In this document: in pieces, positions 1 through 8,795 of the stretch
Layout of the letters: every line of letters begins with the position of its first letter
Numbering within the stretch: the first letter of the stretch is position 1
From: Patescibacteria group bacterium
GTDB taxonomy: Bacteria; Patescibacteriota; Patescibacteriia; JAGVFQ01
Reading direction: 5' to 3'
Assembly: GCA_020057505.1 (NCBI GenBank)
Contig: JAGVFQ010000032.1
Span: forward strand, 1 to 57,441
Length of the DNA stretch: 57,441 nt
Program-made: the position numbers and the translations under genes
Notes under the pieces: generated by a model
What the model was told of the DNA's origin: nothing
The model's database searches: none
The model's input: the letters and a program-made list of their open reading frames with translations, nothing else

Positions 1-609
1 GGAGGAATAGCTATTGATACTGGAACAAATACACCATCCCGTTATCGTATTGTCTCAACGGCTAGTAACCAGGAATTGCAAATTGGATATTGGACTACTA
101 ATTGGTATCCTAGCGGTACACCGGCTTTGACTATAGGATATGGTGGTAATGTCGGTATTGGGCGGTCAAATCTAGAATTAGATTATAAATTAGACGTAGC
201 CGGTAATGCTTTGATTAATGGCGCTGTCTATGGCGGAAACAATGGAACGACTAAATCTATTTGGCGGTTTGATAAAGACAATCTTGGCTATGGAATATTT
301 TATACTAACGAGGCTAATGATTATATAAGTTTTGTTCCTGGTGGTAATTGGAATACTCCTTCGCTCAGAATTTATGGTTCCGGTGATTTGTATGTAAAGG
401 GCGCTATTAGTGGCAACGGTAGCGGATTGACGAATCTTAATGCCGCAGTCAAAGTATCGGGTGTTCCTGCAAGTGGAATCACTGCCGGAAATTTTTTGGC
501 TGTAGCTCCTATAGCTTGTAGAAATTATGCCGTCGACAATTATTACGATGGTTGTTTTACCGATTATAATTACGGTAACAATATAACTAATTGTATCTGT
601 TTGAAATAA
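1..609 (+). CDS. C-terminal part of a large Gly/Asn/Tyr-rich surface or tail-fibre-like protein (5-prime end lies outside the window)
   Basis: Frame 1 is open from nt 1 to the TAA at 607-609, so the listed 76..609 ORF is only the tail of a longer gene. It has a GNGSGLTNLNA-type motif and a Cys-rich C-terminus. No confident family assignment. Confidence 0.5.
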   Translation, partial: GGIAIDTGTNTPSRYRIVSTASNQELQIGYWTTNWYPSGTPALTIGYGGNVGIGRSNLELDYKLDVAGNALINGAVYGGNNGTTKSIWRFDKDNLGYGIFYTNEANDYISFVPGGNWNTPSLRIYGSGDLYVKGAISGNGSGLTNLNAAVKVSGVPASGITAGNFLAVAPIACRNYAVDNYYDGCFTDYNYGNNITNCICLK

Positions 610-721
610 TTTTTAATATAAAAAATATTTCAAGGCTTAGTTGAATTAATATTAATTAAGCCTTTTTAGTTTGCGAAAAAACAAAAAAAAGTATAGTATT
701 AGATTGTATAAAATATTATTT

Positions 722-1033
722 ATGGAATTAGACCAAAAGACAAAAAATAGATTAGAAAAAATGATTTTAGCCATTATCGGCCGTTATCTTGATTTGGCAG
801 AATATCAAGTATTCTTTTTCGGTTCGCGCGCAATCGCGGCCAAGGGCAGCGAGCGTTCCGATATTGATATTGGCCTTGAGGGCGCGGAGGCAGTATCTTT
901 GTCGATTATGGCCAAAATAAAAGAGGATATTATAAATTTGCCCTTTCTGTACAAAATAGATCTGGTTGATTTCAAACGAGTATCAGCTGATTTTTACCAA
1001 GTAGCCAAAACTAATATTGAATTAATCAATTAA
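722..1033 (+). CDS. Minimal nucleotidyltransferase (MNT / HI0073-like, MntA-type antitoxin candidate)
   Basis: GSRA...GSERSDIDIG matches the GS-x(n)-DxD NTase signature. The ATG at 722 (MELDQK...) is preferred over the TTG at 671. The gene sits 9 nt upstream of a HEPN partner. Confidence 0.75.
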   Translation: MELDQKTKNRLEKMILAIIGRYLDLAEYQVFFFGSRAIAAKGSERSDIDIGLEGAEAVSLSIMAKIKEDIINLPFLYKIDLVDFKRVSADFYQVAKTNIELIN

Positions 1034-1042
1034 AATTTAATT

Positions 1043-1426
1043 ATGACTAAAATTGAAGCCCAAATTAAACAATATGGCGAGGCCCTGAATCGCTTGAACG
1101 AGGTTTTGGCCATGCCCAAAAACGACGTGGTCCGCGATTCGGCAATCCAGCGGTTTGAATTTTGTTTGGATTTGGCATGGAAATCAGTCAAAACTTTTTT
1201 AGAAGAAAAAAACGGTGTTATCTGCAGTTCTCCCAAAGATTGTTTCCGCGAGGCCTATAAGCAAGGGTTGATTGAGTATAATGAGGATTGGCTAAAATTA
1301 GTTGATATGAGAAATGAAACGGTGCATACTTATAATCAGGAGACAGCTGAATTAATCTATTCTCAATTAGGCGAGGCGGCGGTGAAATTCGAAATTTTGC
1401 GGAAGATATTAAATGAAAAAATTTAG
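1043..1426 (+). CDS. HEPN-domain protein, HI0074 / nucleotidyltransferase substrate-binding family (HepT-type toxin candidate)
   Basis: The N-terminal QYGEALNRLNE...RDSAIQRFEF pattern is typical of the HI0074 family. An R-x4-H HEPN motif is present in MRNETVHTY. It is paired with the upstream MNT gene. Confidence 0.75.
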   Translation: MTKIEAQIKQYGEALNRLNEVLAMPKNDVVRDSAIQRFEFCLDLAWKSVKTFLEEKNGVICSSPKDCFREAYKQGLIEYNEDWLKLVDMRNETVHTYNQETAELIYSQLGEAAVKFEILRKILNEKI

Positions 1427-1428
1427 TT

Positions 1429-2829
1429 ATGATCTGCGTATTTAATACTCTCACTCGCAAAAAGGAAGAATTTGTCCCTCTTAAGAAGGGTCGTGTTGGA
1501 ATGTATGTTTGCGGGCCTACGGTCTATGACCATGATCATATTGGCCATGCTTGGAATTATACGACTTCTGATCTCTTGCGGCGATTGTTTGAATATAATG
1601 GCTATAAAGTGAAACAAGTGATGAATATTACGGACGTCGGGCATCTCACGAGCGATGCTGATATTGGTGAGGACAAGCTCGAGAAATCAGCTCGGGAAAG
1701 AGGGGAGACTGCTTGGCAGATTGCCAAATTTTTTACAAAAATCTATCTTCTTGACCGCGACAAGCTCAACCTCGAAAAACCGCAAGTAATTTGTAAGGCA
1801 ACGGATCACATCAAGGAAATGATCCGCTTAGTCCAGATTTTAATCGATAAAGGCTATGGCTACGAAACGAATGATGGAATATATTTTGATACGGCGAAAT
1901 TCAAAGATTATGGTAAACTTTCGGGTAATACTTTGGAACGATTGAAGGAGGGCGCGCGTGTGGAAATCAATCCGGAAAAGAGAAACCCGTCCGATTTTGC
2001 GCTCTGGAAATTTTCGCCGGCGGGCAAGAAAAGAGATATGGAATGGAAGGCTTTTGGCAAAATGGGTTTTCCGGGCTGGCATATCGAATGTTCGGCCATG
2101 AGCATGAAATATTTGGGCGAAAATTTTGATCTTCATACGGGCGGGGAAGATAATATTTTTCCGCATCATGAGTGCGAGCGTGCCCAGTCCGAGGCCGCTA
2201 CGGCCAAGAAATTCGTCAATTATTGGTTCCACACGAGATTTCTTATGGTCGAAGGCGAGAAGATGTCCAAGTCTCTCAAAAATTTTTTTACGATCAAAGA
2301 TTTGGAAGACAAGGGCTATTCGGCGCTTGATTTGCGCTATCTTTTTCTCACGGCTCATTATCGGTCGCAGCTGAATTTCACTTGGCAGTCGCTCGAGGCG
2401 GCCAAGATCGCGCGAGAAAAACTGAATAATTTTATTTTGAGCGTCAAAGGCAAGGGCAAGGTTAATAAAAATTACAAAGATCAATTTTTAAGCTTTATCA
2501 ATAATGATTTGGATACGGCCCGGGGATTGGCCTTGATTTGGCAGTTGCTAAAAGACAAAGATATTTCCGACGCGGACAAGAAAGCCGCTATCCTTGATTT
2601 TGATCAATTTTTAGGTTTAAGACTCGCTAAATTAAAAAAGAAGAAAAATATTATTCCCAAAAAGATTATTCAATTAGTGAAAGAAAGGGAGAAGGCGAGA
2701 AAGGACAAGGATTGGGCGCGAAGCGATGAATTGCGGCAATTGATTGAAAAAGAGGGTTTCTCAGTCGAGGATACAAAAAACGGGCCGATTATAGCCACTT
2801 TTTTTTGCGGAAAAAAATCAACATGGTAA
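1429..2829 (+). CDS. cysS: Cysteinyl-tRNA synthetase
   Basis: Class I HIGH motif (HIGHAWNY) and KMSKS motif (KMSKSLKN). The Cys/His zinc-site context (WHIECSAM, HHECE) also fits. Confidence 0.95.
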   Translation: MICVFNTLTRKKEEFVPLKKGRVGMYVCGPTVYDHDHIGHAWNYTTSDLLRRLFEYNGYKVKQVMNITDVGHLTSDADIGEDKLEKSARERGETAWQIAKFFTKIYLLDRDKLNLEKPQVICKATDHIKEMIRLVQILIDKGYGYETNDGIYFDTAKFKDYGKLSGNTLERLKEGARVEINPEKRNPSDFALWKFSPAGKKRDMEWKAFGKMGFPGWHIECSAMSMKYLGENFDLHTGGEDNIFPHHECERAQSEAATAKKFVNYWFHTRFLMVEGEKMSKSLKNFFTIKDLEDKGYSALDLRYLFLTAHYRSQLNFTWQSLEAAKIAREKLNNFILSVKGKGKVNKNYKDQFLSFINNDLDTARGLALIWQLLKDKDISDADKKAAILDFDQFLGLRLAKLKKKKNIIPKKIIQLVKEREKARKDKDWARSDELRQLIEKEGFSVEDTKNGPIIATFFCGKKSTW

Positions 2830-3715
2830 TCGAGGTGATAAACATTATACTGATGATAATCCAAAAATCGAATTGGTTGCCTATTAGAGGAGTGTTGACG
2901 GTGTTCATGCCGAAAATGCTCGCGAAAAGAGTAAGCGGAAAAACGATAACCGAAAAAATAGTCAAAATTTTGATGATGTCGTTGGTTTTAAAACCGACAA
3001 GCGCGCTATTCGTATCTTCCATGGCATCGATAGTTTGCCTTTGGTTTTCCAAAATATCCCAAATGTTTTTGGTATGGTCAATCAGATCGCGATAATAATC
3101 TCTCAAATGTTCTTGCGGGAAATAGGGAGAATTAATTTTGATAATATGCTCAATAATATTTTTATGAGCCTGCATGGTTTTGCGGAAATTAACAATATTT
3201 CTTTTAATGATCAGTATCTCTCGGAGCATCTGCTTTTCGTAGCCGGCAAATATTTTATTTTCAATATTTTTTATGTCGATACTGATATGATCAAGCATCG
3301 GGAAGCATTCCATCTCAAGGCGATTCAAAATTTCATAAAGCAATTTGGCCGGTGATTCAGCCATGTATTTGTCTTTTTCCAGAGGATTAATTTTGCAAGT
3401 GTTAAAAAAGTTAATTAACGGCGCCAGTTCCTCATTATGTACCATTGCTAAATGCGTCGGCGTGATGAAGAAATCAATTTCCGCGGCAATGATTTCTCGC
3501 TTTTTGCGGCTATAATAGGGGAAAAGAAAGATCAAAAAAAGATAATCAGGCTGTGCGTCGATTTTGGGCCGCTGGGCATAGCTCGAGGCATAAGAATCTT
3601 TGAGGTCCAGCGGGTGAAATTTGAAATTTTTGGCCAAATAATCGATTTCTTTTTTGCCGGCATGCGTAACGTTTAGCCATGTCACTTTGTCAGTTTTGAT
3701 AGTTTCTATAGACAT
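2789..3715 (-). CDS. corA: CorA-family magnesium/cobalt transporter
   Basis: GMN signature (IFGMNTV) lies ahead of two C-terminal TM helices, and the length is typical (308 aa). Its 3-prime end overlaps the cysS 3-prime end by 41 nt (convergent genes). Confidence 0.9.
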   Translation of the reverse strand: MSIETIKTDKVTWLNVTHAGKKEIDYLAKNFKFHPLDLKDSYASSYAQRPKIDAQPDYLFLIFLFPYYSRKKREIIAAEIDFFITPTHLAMVHNEELAPLINFFNTCKINPLEKDKYMAESPAKLLYEILNRLEMECFPMLDHISIDIKNIENKIFAGYEKQMLREILIIKRNIVNFRKTMQAHKNIIEHIIKINSPYFPQEHLRDYYRDLIDHTKNIWDILENQRQTIDAMEDTNSALVGFKTNDIIKILTIFSVIVFPLTLFASIFGMNTVNTPLIGNQFDFWIIISIMFITSITMLIFFRKKKWL

Positions 3716-3841
3716 AGTAGCGGTTATTTTGAAATTAAGACATTTAAATATCTAACCATATTCTACCATATTTGGAGTTTTGTTGCCACAACAAGCGAAA
3801 GTTGGTATAATTAAATTAAGATTAATTTTATTCAAGAAAAA

Positions 3842-4366
3842 ATGGCTACCAATACCAAGGACCAGGAAAAGAAAGAAGAAGAAGCTGCTTTTCTGCGAGA
3901 ACAAACTAAAAAAGCACCCGAGCCCTTAATTCCGGAAATAAAGCCGGAAGTTTTGATTCAGATTACGGAAAAAGAAAAAGTCCCTGAAAAAGTTCTGGAA
4001 ACCGTGGAAAAAAAAGAATTAGCGGAAAAAGTGGAAGCGCCGCAGATTGCGCCTCAAGTCTCAGCGCCGTCAGCCCAAGTGAGCGCGCCCAAGAGCGAAA
4101 TTTTAGTTAATATTGAAAGAGTGCTCGAAGAAGATTTGAGTGAAATGTATACCAAGATGTCACCGCAAGAACAGCTGGCATTTCGCATGAAAGGCGAGGA
4201 AACGGCGATTAAAATCGAAAAATTATTTCATGAAGCCAGGGCGACGGTCAGGAAGATTTTGAAATTAATCCGGGAATGGCTAAAAATGATTCACGGCGCG
4301 AATAAATATTTTCTAGAACAAGCGGCGAAGATCAAGACGGACAGGCTGATGAAACTGAAGAAATAA
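3842..4366 (+). CDS. Hypothetical Glu/Lys/Pro-rich protein
   Basis: ORF with a low-complexity acidic/basic N-terminal half and a helical C-terminal half. No recognisable family. Confidence 0.45.
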   Translation: MATNTKDQEKKEEEAAFLREQTKKAPEPLIPEIKPEVLIQITEKEKVPEKVLETVEKKELAEKVEAPQIAPQVSAPSAQVSAPKSEILVNIERVLEEDLSEMYTKMSPQEQLAFRMKGEETAIKIEKLFHEARATVRKILKLIREWLKMIHGANKYFLEQAAKIKTDRLMKLKK

Positions 4367-4495
4367 ATTTTAATTTCTAATTTTTAATTTACAATTTCCA
4401 ATCAATTTCTAATGATTTAATGAATTAATTTTCAATAATTGGAAATTATAGAATTAAAACATTCATTGAAAATTGGAAATTAAAAATTGAAAATT
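4367..4495. repeat. AT-rich imperfect inverted repeat element
   Basis: The left arm aatttctaatttttaatttacaatttccaatcaatttctaatga faces the right arm tcattgaaaattggaaattaaaaattgaaaatt. Related copies are at 33527-33625, and a right arm only is at 7185-7250. Confidence 0.75.
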
Positions 4496-4501
4496 CAAAC
4501 T

Positions 4502-7051
4502 ATGTTTGAGGAATTCTTCCAATTTGTAAATACCAATATAGTACAAGGCAATGAAGCAATCATGGCCTTGGTTGGAATAATTGTTCTGTCGGCAGCAATC
4601 TTGATCTGCCCTTTTTTTATTATCCGGAAATTTTTGCACCGAATCGGCCGGATTCCCACGGCTTTTGAATTTGTCGTTTTACTCGTCACTCTGCCCAAAG
4701 AATCGCAGGATGACCGGCAAAAAGAAGCGCCGCGAAGCCAGCAGGCGCTCGCCGAAACCATCGGCATAGCGGAAACATTATTTTCTAGCATCGGCGGACT
4801 CAAGGCCCAGCGCGGACTCAAAGCCTTTCTTTTCGGCCGCACCGACCACTTATCATTTGAAATAGTGGCTCACGAAGGATTAATTTCTTTCTATGTCGCG
4901 GTGCCGCGCTACATGATTCAGTTTATCGAGCAGCAGATTCAAGCGCAGTATCACACGGCCGTGATTGAAGAAATTGACGATTATAATATTTTTACGCCCG
5001 AAGCCAAGATCGTTGGGACATATTTAACGTTCAAAGAGAAAAGCGCTTTCCCTATCAGAACCTATAAAAAGACGGAATCAGATCCTCTGAATGCCCTCAC
5101 CAATACTTTAAGTAAGCTCGGTGAAGAGGATGGAGCGGCGATACAGTTTGTCGTCCGTTCAGCCAAAAAAGAATGGCGTCGCGAGGGGATCAGAATCGCG
5201 AGAGCGATGCAGCAGGGGAAAAAATTATCCGAAGTTAAACATAGCGGATTTTTCAGCGGCTGGATTAATCTTTTCAAATCTTCAAAATTGGCATCAAAGC
5301 CGGGCGAGGCGCCGAAGGAACTATACAAATTGACTCCGCTTGAGGAAGAAATGGTGAAAAACCTGGAAGAAAAAGCCAATAAGCTCGGGCTTGATGTTAA
5401 TATCAGATTACTCTCCGTATCCAAGGACGAAACGCGCGCCAAAATGTATCTCGATAATATGGTCAGTTCCTTCAGCCAGTATAATATTCCGCAGTATGGC
5501 AATATTTTTAGAAAATTCCAGCATGGTATTTTCCGGGGCAAGGACAGAATTATCCATGATTTTATTTTTCGAAATTTTACGGACAAAGCCAAGATTGTTT
5601 TGAATACCGAGGAGATGGCGAGCGTCTATCATTTCCCGCTCGCGACGACGGAAACGCCGAATATCCGCTGGCTACTCGCAAAAAAAGCGCCAGCGCCCGT
5701 GAATGCGCCCAAGGAAGGCGTGCTTTTGGGCTACAATGACTATCGCGGTTTAAGAACGGATATTAAGATTAAAAGAGAAGATCGATTCCGCCATGTCTAT
5801 ATTATCGGTAAATCCGGCGTCGGCAAATCCGTGCTTTTGTCCAATATGATTATCCAAGACATTGTCGCGGGCGACGGTGTGGCCGTAGTGGATCCGCATG
5901 GCGATCTCGTGGAAGATGTCTTGCCTCATATCCCCAAAGACCGGATCGACGATGTTATTTATTTTTGTCCCGCGGATACTGATCGGCCAATGGGTTTGAA
6001 CATGCTTGAGTATAAAACCGATGAACAGAAGGATTTTGCCGTGCAGGAAATGATTGCCATTTTTTACAAATTATTCGGCCAGGAAATGATTGGTCCGATG
6101 TTTGAGCATTATATGAGAAATGCCATGCTTGCCTTAATGGAAGACAAGGAATCCGGCGCGACGATTATTGAAATTCCGAGAATGTTCACGGACAAGGAAT
6201 TCCGAAAAAATAAATTAACCAAAGTAAAAAATCCTGTGGTAAAAAGTTTTTGGGAGCAGGAATATGAACAATCACAGCGTGGTTCCCAGGCCGCGGATAT
6301 GCTTTCTTATGTTATTTCCAAAATCGGCAGATTCTTGACGAATGACATGATGAGAAATATTATCGGGCAGGTGAAGTCCGGCTTTGATTTCCGCGAGGTG
6401 ATGGATAACCGGAAAATTTTATTGATTAATTTGTCCAAGGGCACTACTGGCGAAGTAAATAGCAATCTGCTCGGCATGATTCTCGTGACCAAACTTCAAG
6501 TCGCGGCGATGACGAGAGCAAAACAGGAAAAGAGCGAGCGCAAAGATTTTTTCCTCTATATTGATGAGTTCCAAAATTTTATTACGGATAGTATCGCTAC
6601 GATTCTCTCCGAAGCGAGAAAATATCGTTTTGGTTTGATTATCGCGCACCAATATATCGGGCAACTGGTACAAGGTCAGGACACGAAGACAAGGGACGCG
6701 GTTTTTGGCAATGTCGGCACAATGATCTCTTTTCGTATCGGCGTGGAAGACGCGGAGACTGTGGCTAAAGAATTTGCTCCGGTGTTTAACGAATACGACG
6801 TGATCAATGTTCCAATGTACACCGCTTATTGCAAACTTTTGGTTGATAACACGGCGACCAATGCTTTTAATATGGCTACTTATCCACCGAGGAAGGGCGA
6901 CAGAAAGATGGCCGAGGCGATTAAAGAGCTTTCTCGCTTGAAATACGGGCGGAACAAAGTGATTGTGGAAGCGGAAATTATGGAGCGGAGCAATCTTGGT
7001 AATCTTTCCGGCGGCGCGGGCGGCGGCAGCCCGGATCACGGGATTCTATAA
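4502..7051 (+). CDS. Membrane-anchored FtsK/HerA-superfamily P-loop ATPase, TraD/VirD4 (type IV coupling protein)-like
   Basis: N-terminal TM helices. Walker A is GKSGVGKS and Walker B-like is FFLYIDEFQNF. The ATG at 4502 is preferred because the listed TTG at 4487 lies inside the AT-rich repeat. Confidence 0.7.
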   Translation: MFEEFFQFVNTNIVQGNEAIMALVGIIVLSAAILICPFFIIRKFLHRIGRIPTAFEFVVLLVTLPKESQDDRQKEAPRSQQALAETIGIAETLFSSIGGLKAQRGLKAFLFGRTDHLSFEIVAHEGLISFYVAVPRYMIQFIEQQIQAQYHTAVIEEIDDYNIFTPEAKIVGTYLTFKEKSAFPIRTYKKTESDPLNALTNTLSKLGEEDGAAIQFVVRSAKKEWRREGIRIARAMQQGKKLSEVKHSGFFSGWINLFKSSKLASKPGEAPKELYKLTPLEEEMVKNLEEKANKLGLDVNIRLLSVSKDETRAKMYLDNMVSSFSQYNIPQYGNIFRKFQHGIFRGKDRIIHDFIFRNFTDKAKIVLNTEEMASVYHFPLATTETPNIRWLLAKKAPAPVNAPKEGVLLGYNDYRGLRTDIKIKREDRFRHVYIIGKSGVGKSVLLSNMIIQDIVAGDGVAVVDPHGDLVEDVLPHIPKDRIDDVIYFCPADTDRPMGLNMLEYKTDEQKDFAVQEMIAIFYKLFGQEMIGPMFEHYMRNAMLALMEDKESGATIIEIPRMFTDKEFRKNKLTKVKNPVVKSFWEQEYEQSQRGSQAADMLSYVISKIGRFLTNDMMRNIIGQVKSGFDFREVMDNRKILLINLSKGTTGEVNSNLLGMILVTKLQVAAMTRAKQEKSERKDFFLYIDEFQNFITDSIATILSEARKYRFGLIIAHQYIGQLVQGQDTKTRDAVFGNVGTMISFRIGVEDAETVAKEFAPVFNEYDVINVPMYTAYCKLLVDNTATNAFNMATYPPRKGDRKMAEAIKELSRLKYGRNKVIVEAEIMERSNLGNLSGGAGGGSPDHGIL

Positions 7052-7087
7052 GATTAAAGTTGAAAGATTAAAGATTTAGAATTACAA

Positions 7088-7130
7088 CCCCCTTCCCCCC
7101 CTTTGTTAATGGGGAATTAAAAGATTAAAG
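7088..7130 (+). repeat. GC-rich hairpin repeat, family 1
   Basis: cccccttcccccctttgttaatggggaattaaaagattaaag, about 37 nt after the stop at 7051. Confidence 0.75.
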
Positions 7131-7184
7131 GTTGGCGTTCTGTCATTGCGAGGAGCGACCTAAAGGAACGACGCGGCAATCTAA

Positions 7185-7250
7185 ATTTTTTAATTTGAAA
7201 TTATAAAATTAAAGCATTCATTAAAAATTAGAAATTAGAAATTATCAACT
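7185..7250. repeat. AT-rich repeat, right-arm copy
   Basis: aattataaaattaaagcattcattaaaaattagaaattagaaatt aligns with 4444-4490. Confidence 0.65.
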
Positions 7251-7251
7251 T

Positions 7252-7788
7252 ATGTTTTATCTAAGCAGTATCTTGTTATTGCTATTCATGGGAATAGTCT
7301 TTTTTGTTTTGTTTTCTTTGGCCTACGCGGGATTGTCCGCTGCGCCATGGGTGCCTCTTTCGAATAAAGAAATCAGAAGAATGCTCAGTCTGGCCGGAGT
7401 GAAACCCGGCGAGAAAGTCTATGATCTTGGTTCGGGCGACGGGCGAATTTTGATCATCGCGGCGAGAGAATTCGGCGCCGAAACAGTCGGCTATGAAATA
7501 TCCATCTTGCCCTATATTATTTCCAAAATCAGGATTGCTTTTGCAAGATTGCAAGATAAAATAAAGATTAATTTTTCCAGTTTTTATAAAACAGATTTGA
7601 GCGAGGCTGACGTGATCACGGTTTTTTTGCTTCCGGAGGCGATGAAGAAACTAAGCCCGATTTTCAGGAAAGGCCTCAAGCCGGGCGCGAGAATTGTCTC
7701 TTACGCTTTTGCCATGAAAGATTGGGAACCGATGAAAGTTGATAAACCCGATCCGAAAACCATGGCGATTTATTTGTATCGGGCGTGA
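7252..7788 (+). CDS. Class I SAM-dependent methyltransferase with an N-terminal TM helix
   Basis: Motif I is VYDLGSGDGRILI, with a downstream acidic loop (GYEIS). The N-terminus is hydrophobic. Confidence 0.7.
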   Translation: MFYLSSILLLLFMGIVFFVLFSLAYAGLSAAPWVPLSNKEIRRMLSLAGVKPGEKVYDLGSGDGRILIIAAREFGAETVGYEISILPYIISKIRIAFARLQDKIKINFSSFYKTDLSEADVITVFLLPEAMKKLSPIFRKGLKPGARIVSYAFAMKDWEPMKVDKPDPKTMAIYLYRA

Positions 7789-7789
7789 A

Positions 7790-7829
7790 CATCCCCCCGC
7801 CCCCTTTACTAAGGGGGAATTGAGTAAAG
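7790..7829 (+). repeat. GC-rich hairpin repeat, family 1
   Basis: catccccccgCCCCCTTtactAAGGGGGaattgagtaaag, with a 7-bp stem and 4-nt loop, starting 2 nt after the stop at 7788. Confidence 0.8.
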
Positions 7830-7853
7830 AAAGTTAGGAGGATGGTTTTGGTC

Positions 7854-7886
7854 GCCCCCTTGAGAAAGAGGGTCGGGGGGATTCGT
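7854..7886 (+). repeat. GC-rich repeat, family 2
   Basis: gcccccttgagaaagagggtcggggggattcgt aligns with 10411-10444. Confidence 0.75.
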
Positions 7887-7976
7887 CCGGAAATTTGATA
7901 ATAATCCAATATAGCGATATAATGTAATTAGTTAAAATAAATAAAAAAATAAAAATCAAATAGACAAAAACAAACT

Positions 7977-8573
7977 ATGTTTGGCAAAGATAAAAACAAA
8001 AATGAAGACGAAGAAAAGACTTTTCTCACCGGCGAGAAATTAATGGCTTTGAGGCAGATGCTTTTGGGCATCAAAATTAATGTTGATAAGGCGATCGATA
8101 TGCTGAGCAAGGGCGACGATGATGAAGGTGTTGATTCCGAAGCGCTCTTGGATTCGCTCACGAGGCTGCAGTCAATGTCCGCCGAAGTGAATGAAGGCGG
8201 GAGAGTGGTAGAAGGCGTTTTCGACGGCGAGAATATGATCGGATCAGATGGCAAGCAATATGGCATACCGCCGAATTACGCGTCAAAATCAAAACTAGTG
8301 GAAGGCGATATTTTGAAATTAACAATCAACGGCAACGGTTCGTTTGTCTACAAACAGATCGGACCGGTCGAAAGAAACCGGCTTATCGGCGTTTTGGGCA
8401 AAAATGATTCCGGCGAGTTTATCGCGTATATTGATAACAAAAAATGGAAATTAATCACGGCAAGCGTTACTTATTTCAAGGGCGGAGAGGGCGATGAAAT
8501 AGTTATCTTGGTGCCAAAAGAGCGTCCGAGCAAATGGGCGGCGGTGGATAATGTTATTAAGGCGAAAGATTAA
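7977..8573 (+). CDS. Hypothetical protein
   Basis: Clean ORF followed by a GC-rich hairpin. No family recognised. Confidence 0.45.
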   Translation: MFGKDKNKNEDEEKTFLTGEKLMALRQMLLGIKINVDKAIDMLSKGDDDEGVDSEALLDSLTRLQSMSAEVNEGGRVVEGVFDGENMIGSDGKQYGIPPNYASKSKLVEGDILKLTINGNGSFVYKQIGPVERNRLIGVLGKNDSGEFIAYIDNKKWKLITASVTYFKGGEGDEIVILVPKERPSKWAAVDNVIKAKD

Positions 8574-8576
8574 AAA

Positions 8577-8621
8577 CATCCCCCTTGCCCCCCTTGTTAA
8601 GGGGGAACTAAAAGATTAAAG
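8577..8621 (+). repeat. GC-rich hairpin repeat, family 1, followed by an AAGAATA x4-5 heptamer array (8612-8646) and a terminator (8650-8676)
   Basis: catcccccttgcCCCCCTTgttAAGGGGGaactaaaagattaaag, starting 4 nt after the stop at 8573. Confidence 0.8.
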
Positions 8622-8795
8622 AATAAAGAATAAAGAATAAAGAATAAAAACGGCTCTTTCAAATGAGTCGTTTTTCATTTGCTTAAACCTCAAAAATAAG
8701 TTAAAATATTGTATACGAATTGCGCTAAGGCTTTGGCAGGCAGGCGCATATTATTTATCTCTCTCCCAATTTTCATTATTCGTATCATTTAAATT

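Noticed and set aside
1840-2484. Long minus-strand ORF (214 aa) inside cysS. Similar shadow ORFs occur at 6419-7039, 8808-9455, 18902-19594, 22572-22997, 40366-40950 and 46007-46414.
   Set aside because: Each lies antisense to a plus-strand gene with clear family motifs. They have no recognisable motifs of their own and a low-complexity, Arg/Ser/Phe-rich composition typical of antisense frames.
8612-8646. Short tandem arrays (AAGAATA x4-5 here, and the heptamer arrays in pfkB, ackA and lepA) as possible CRISPR arrays.
   Set aside because: The units are 7 nt with no spacers, so these are microsatellites and not CRISPR. No cas genes are in the window.
8677-8795. Possible SRP (4.5S/scRNA) gene upstream of dnaX, as in the conserved ffs-dnaX synteny of many bacteria.
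   Set aside because: The spacer is AT-rich. It has only a short TGCGC...GCGCA hairpin and an ATACGAAT/ATTCGTAT inverted pair. No domain IV motifs were found.
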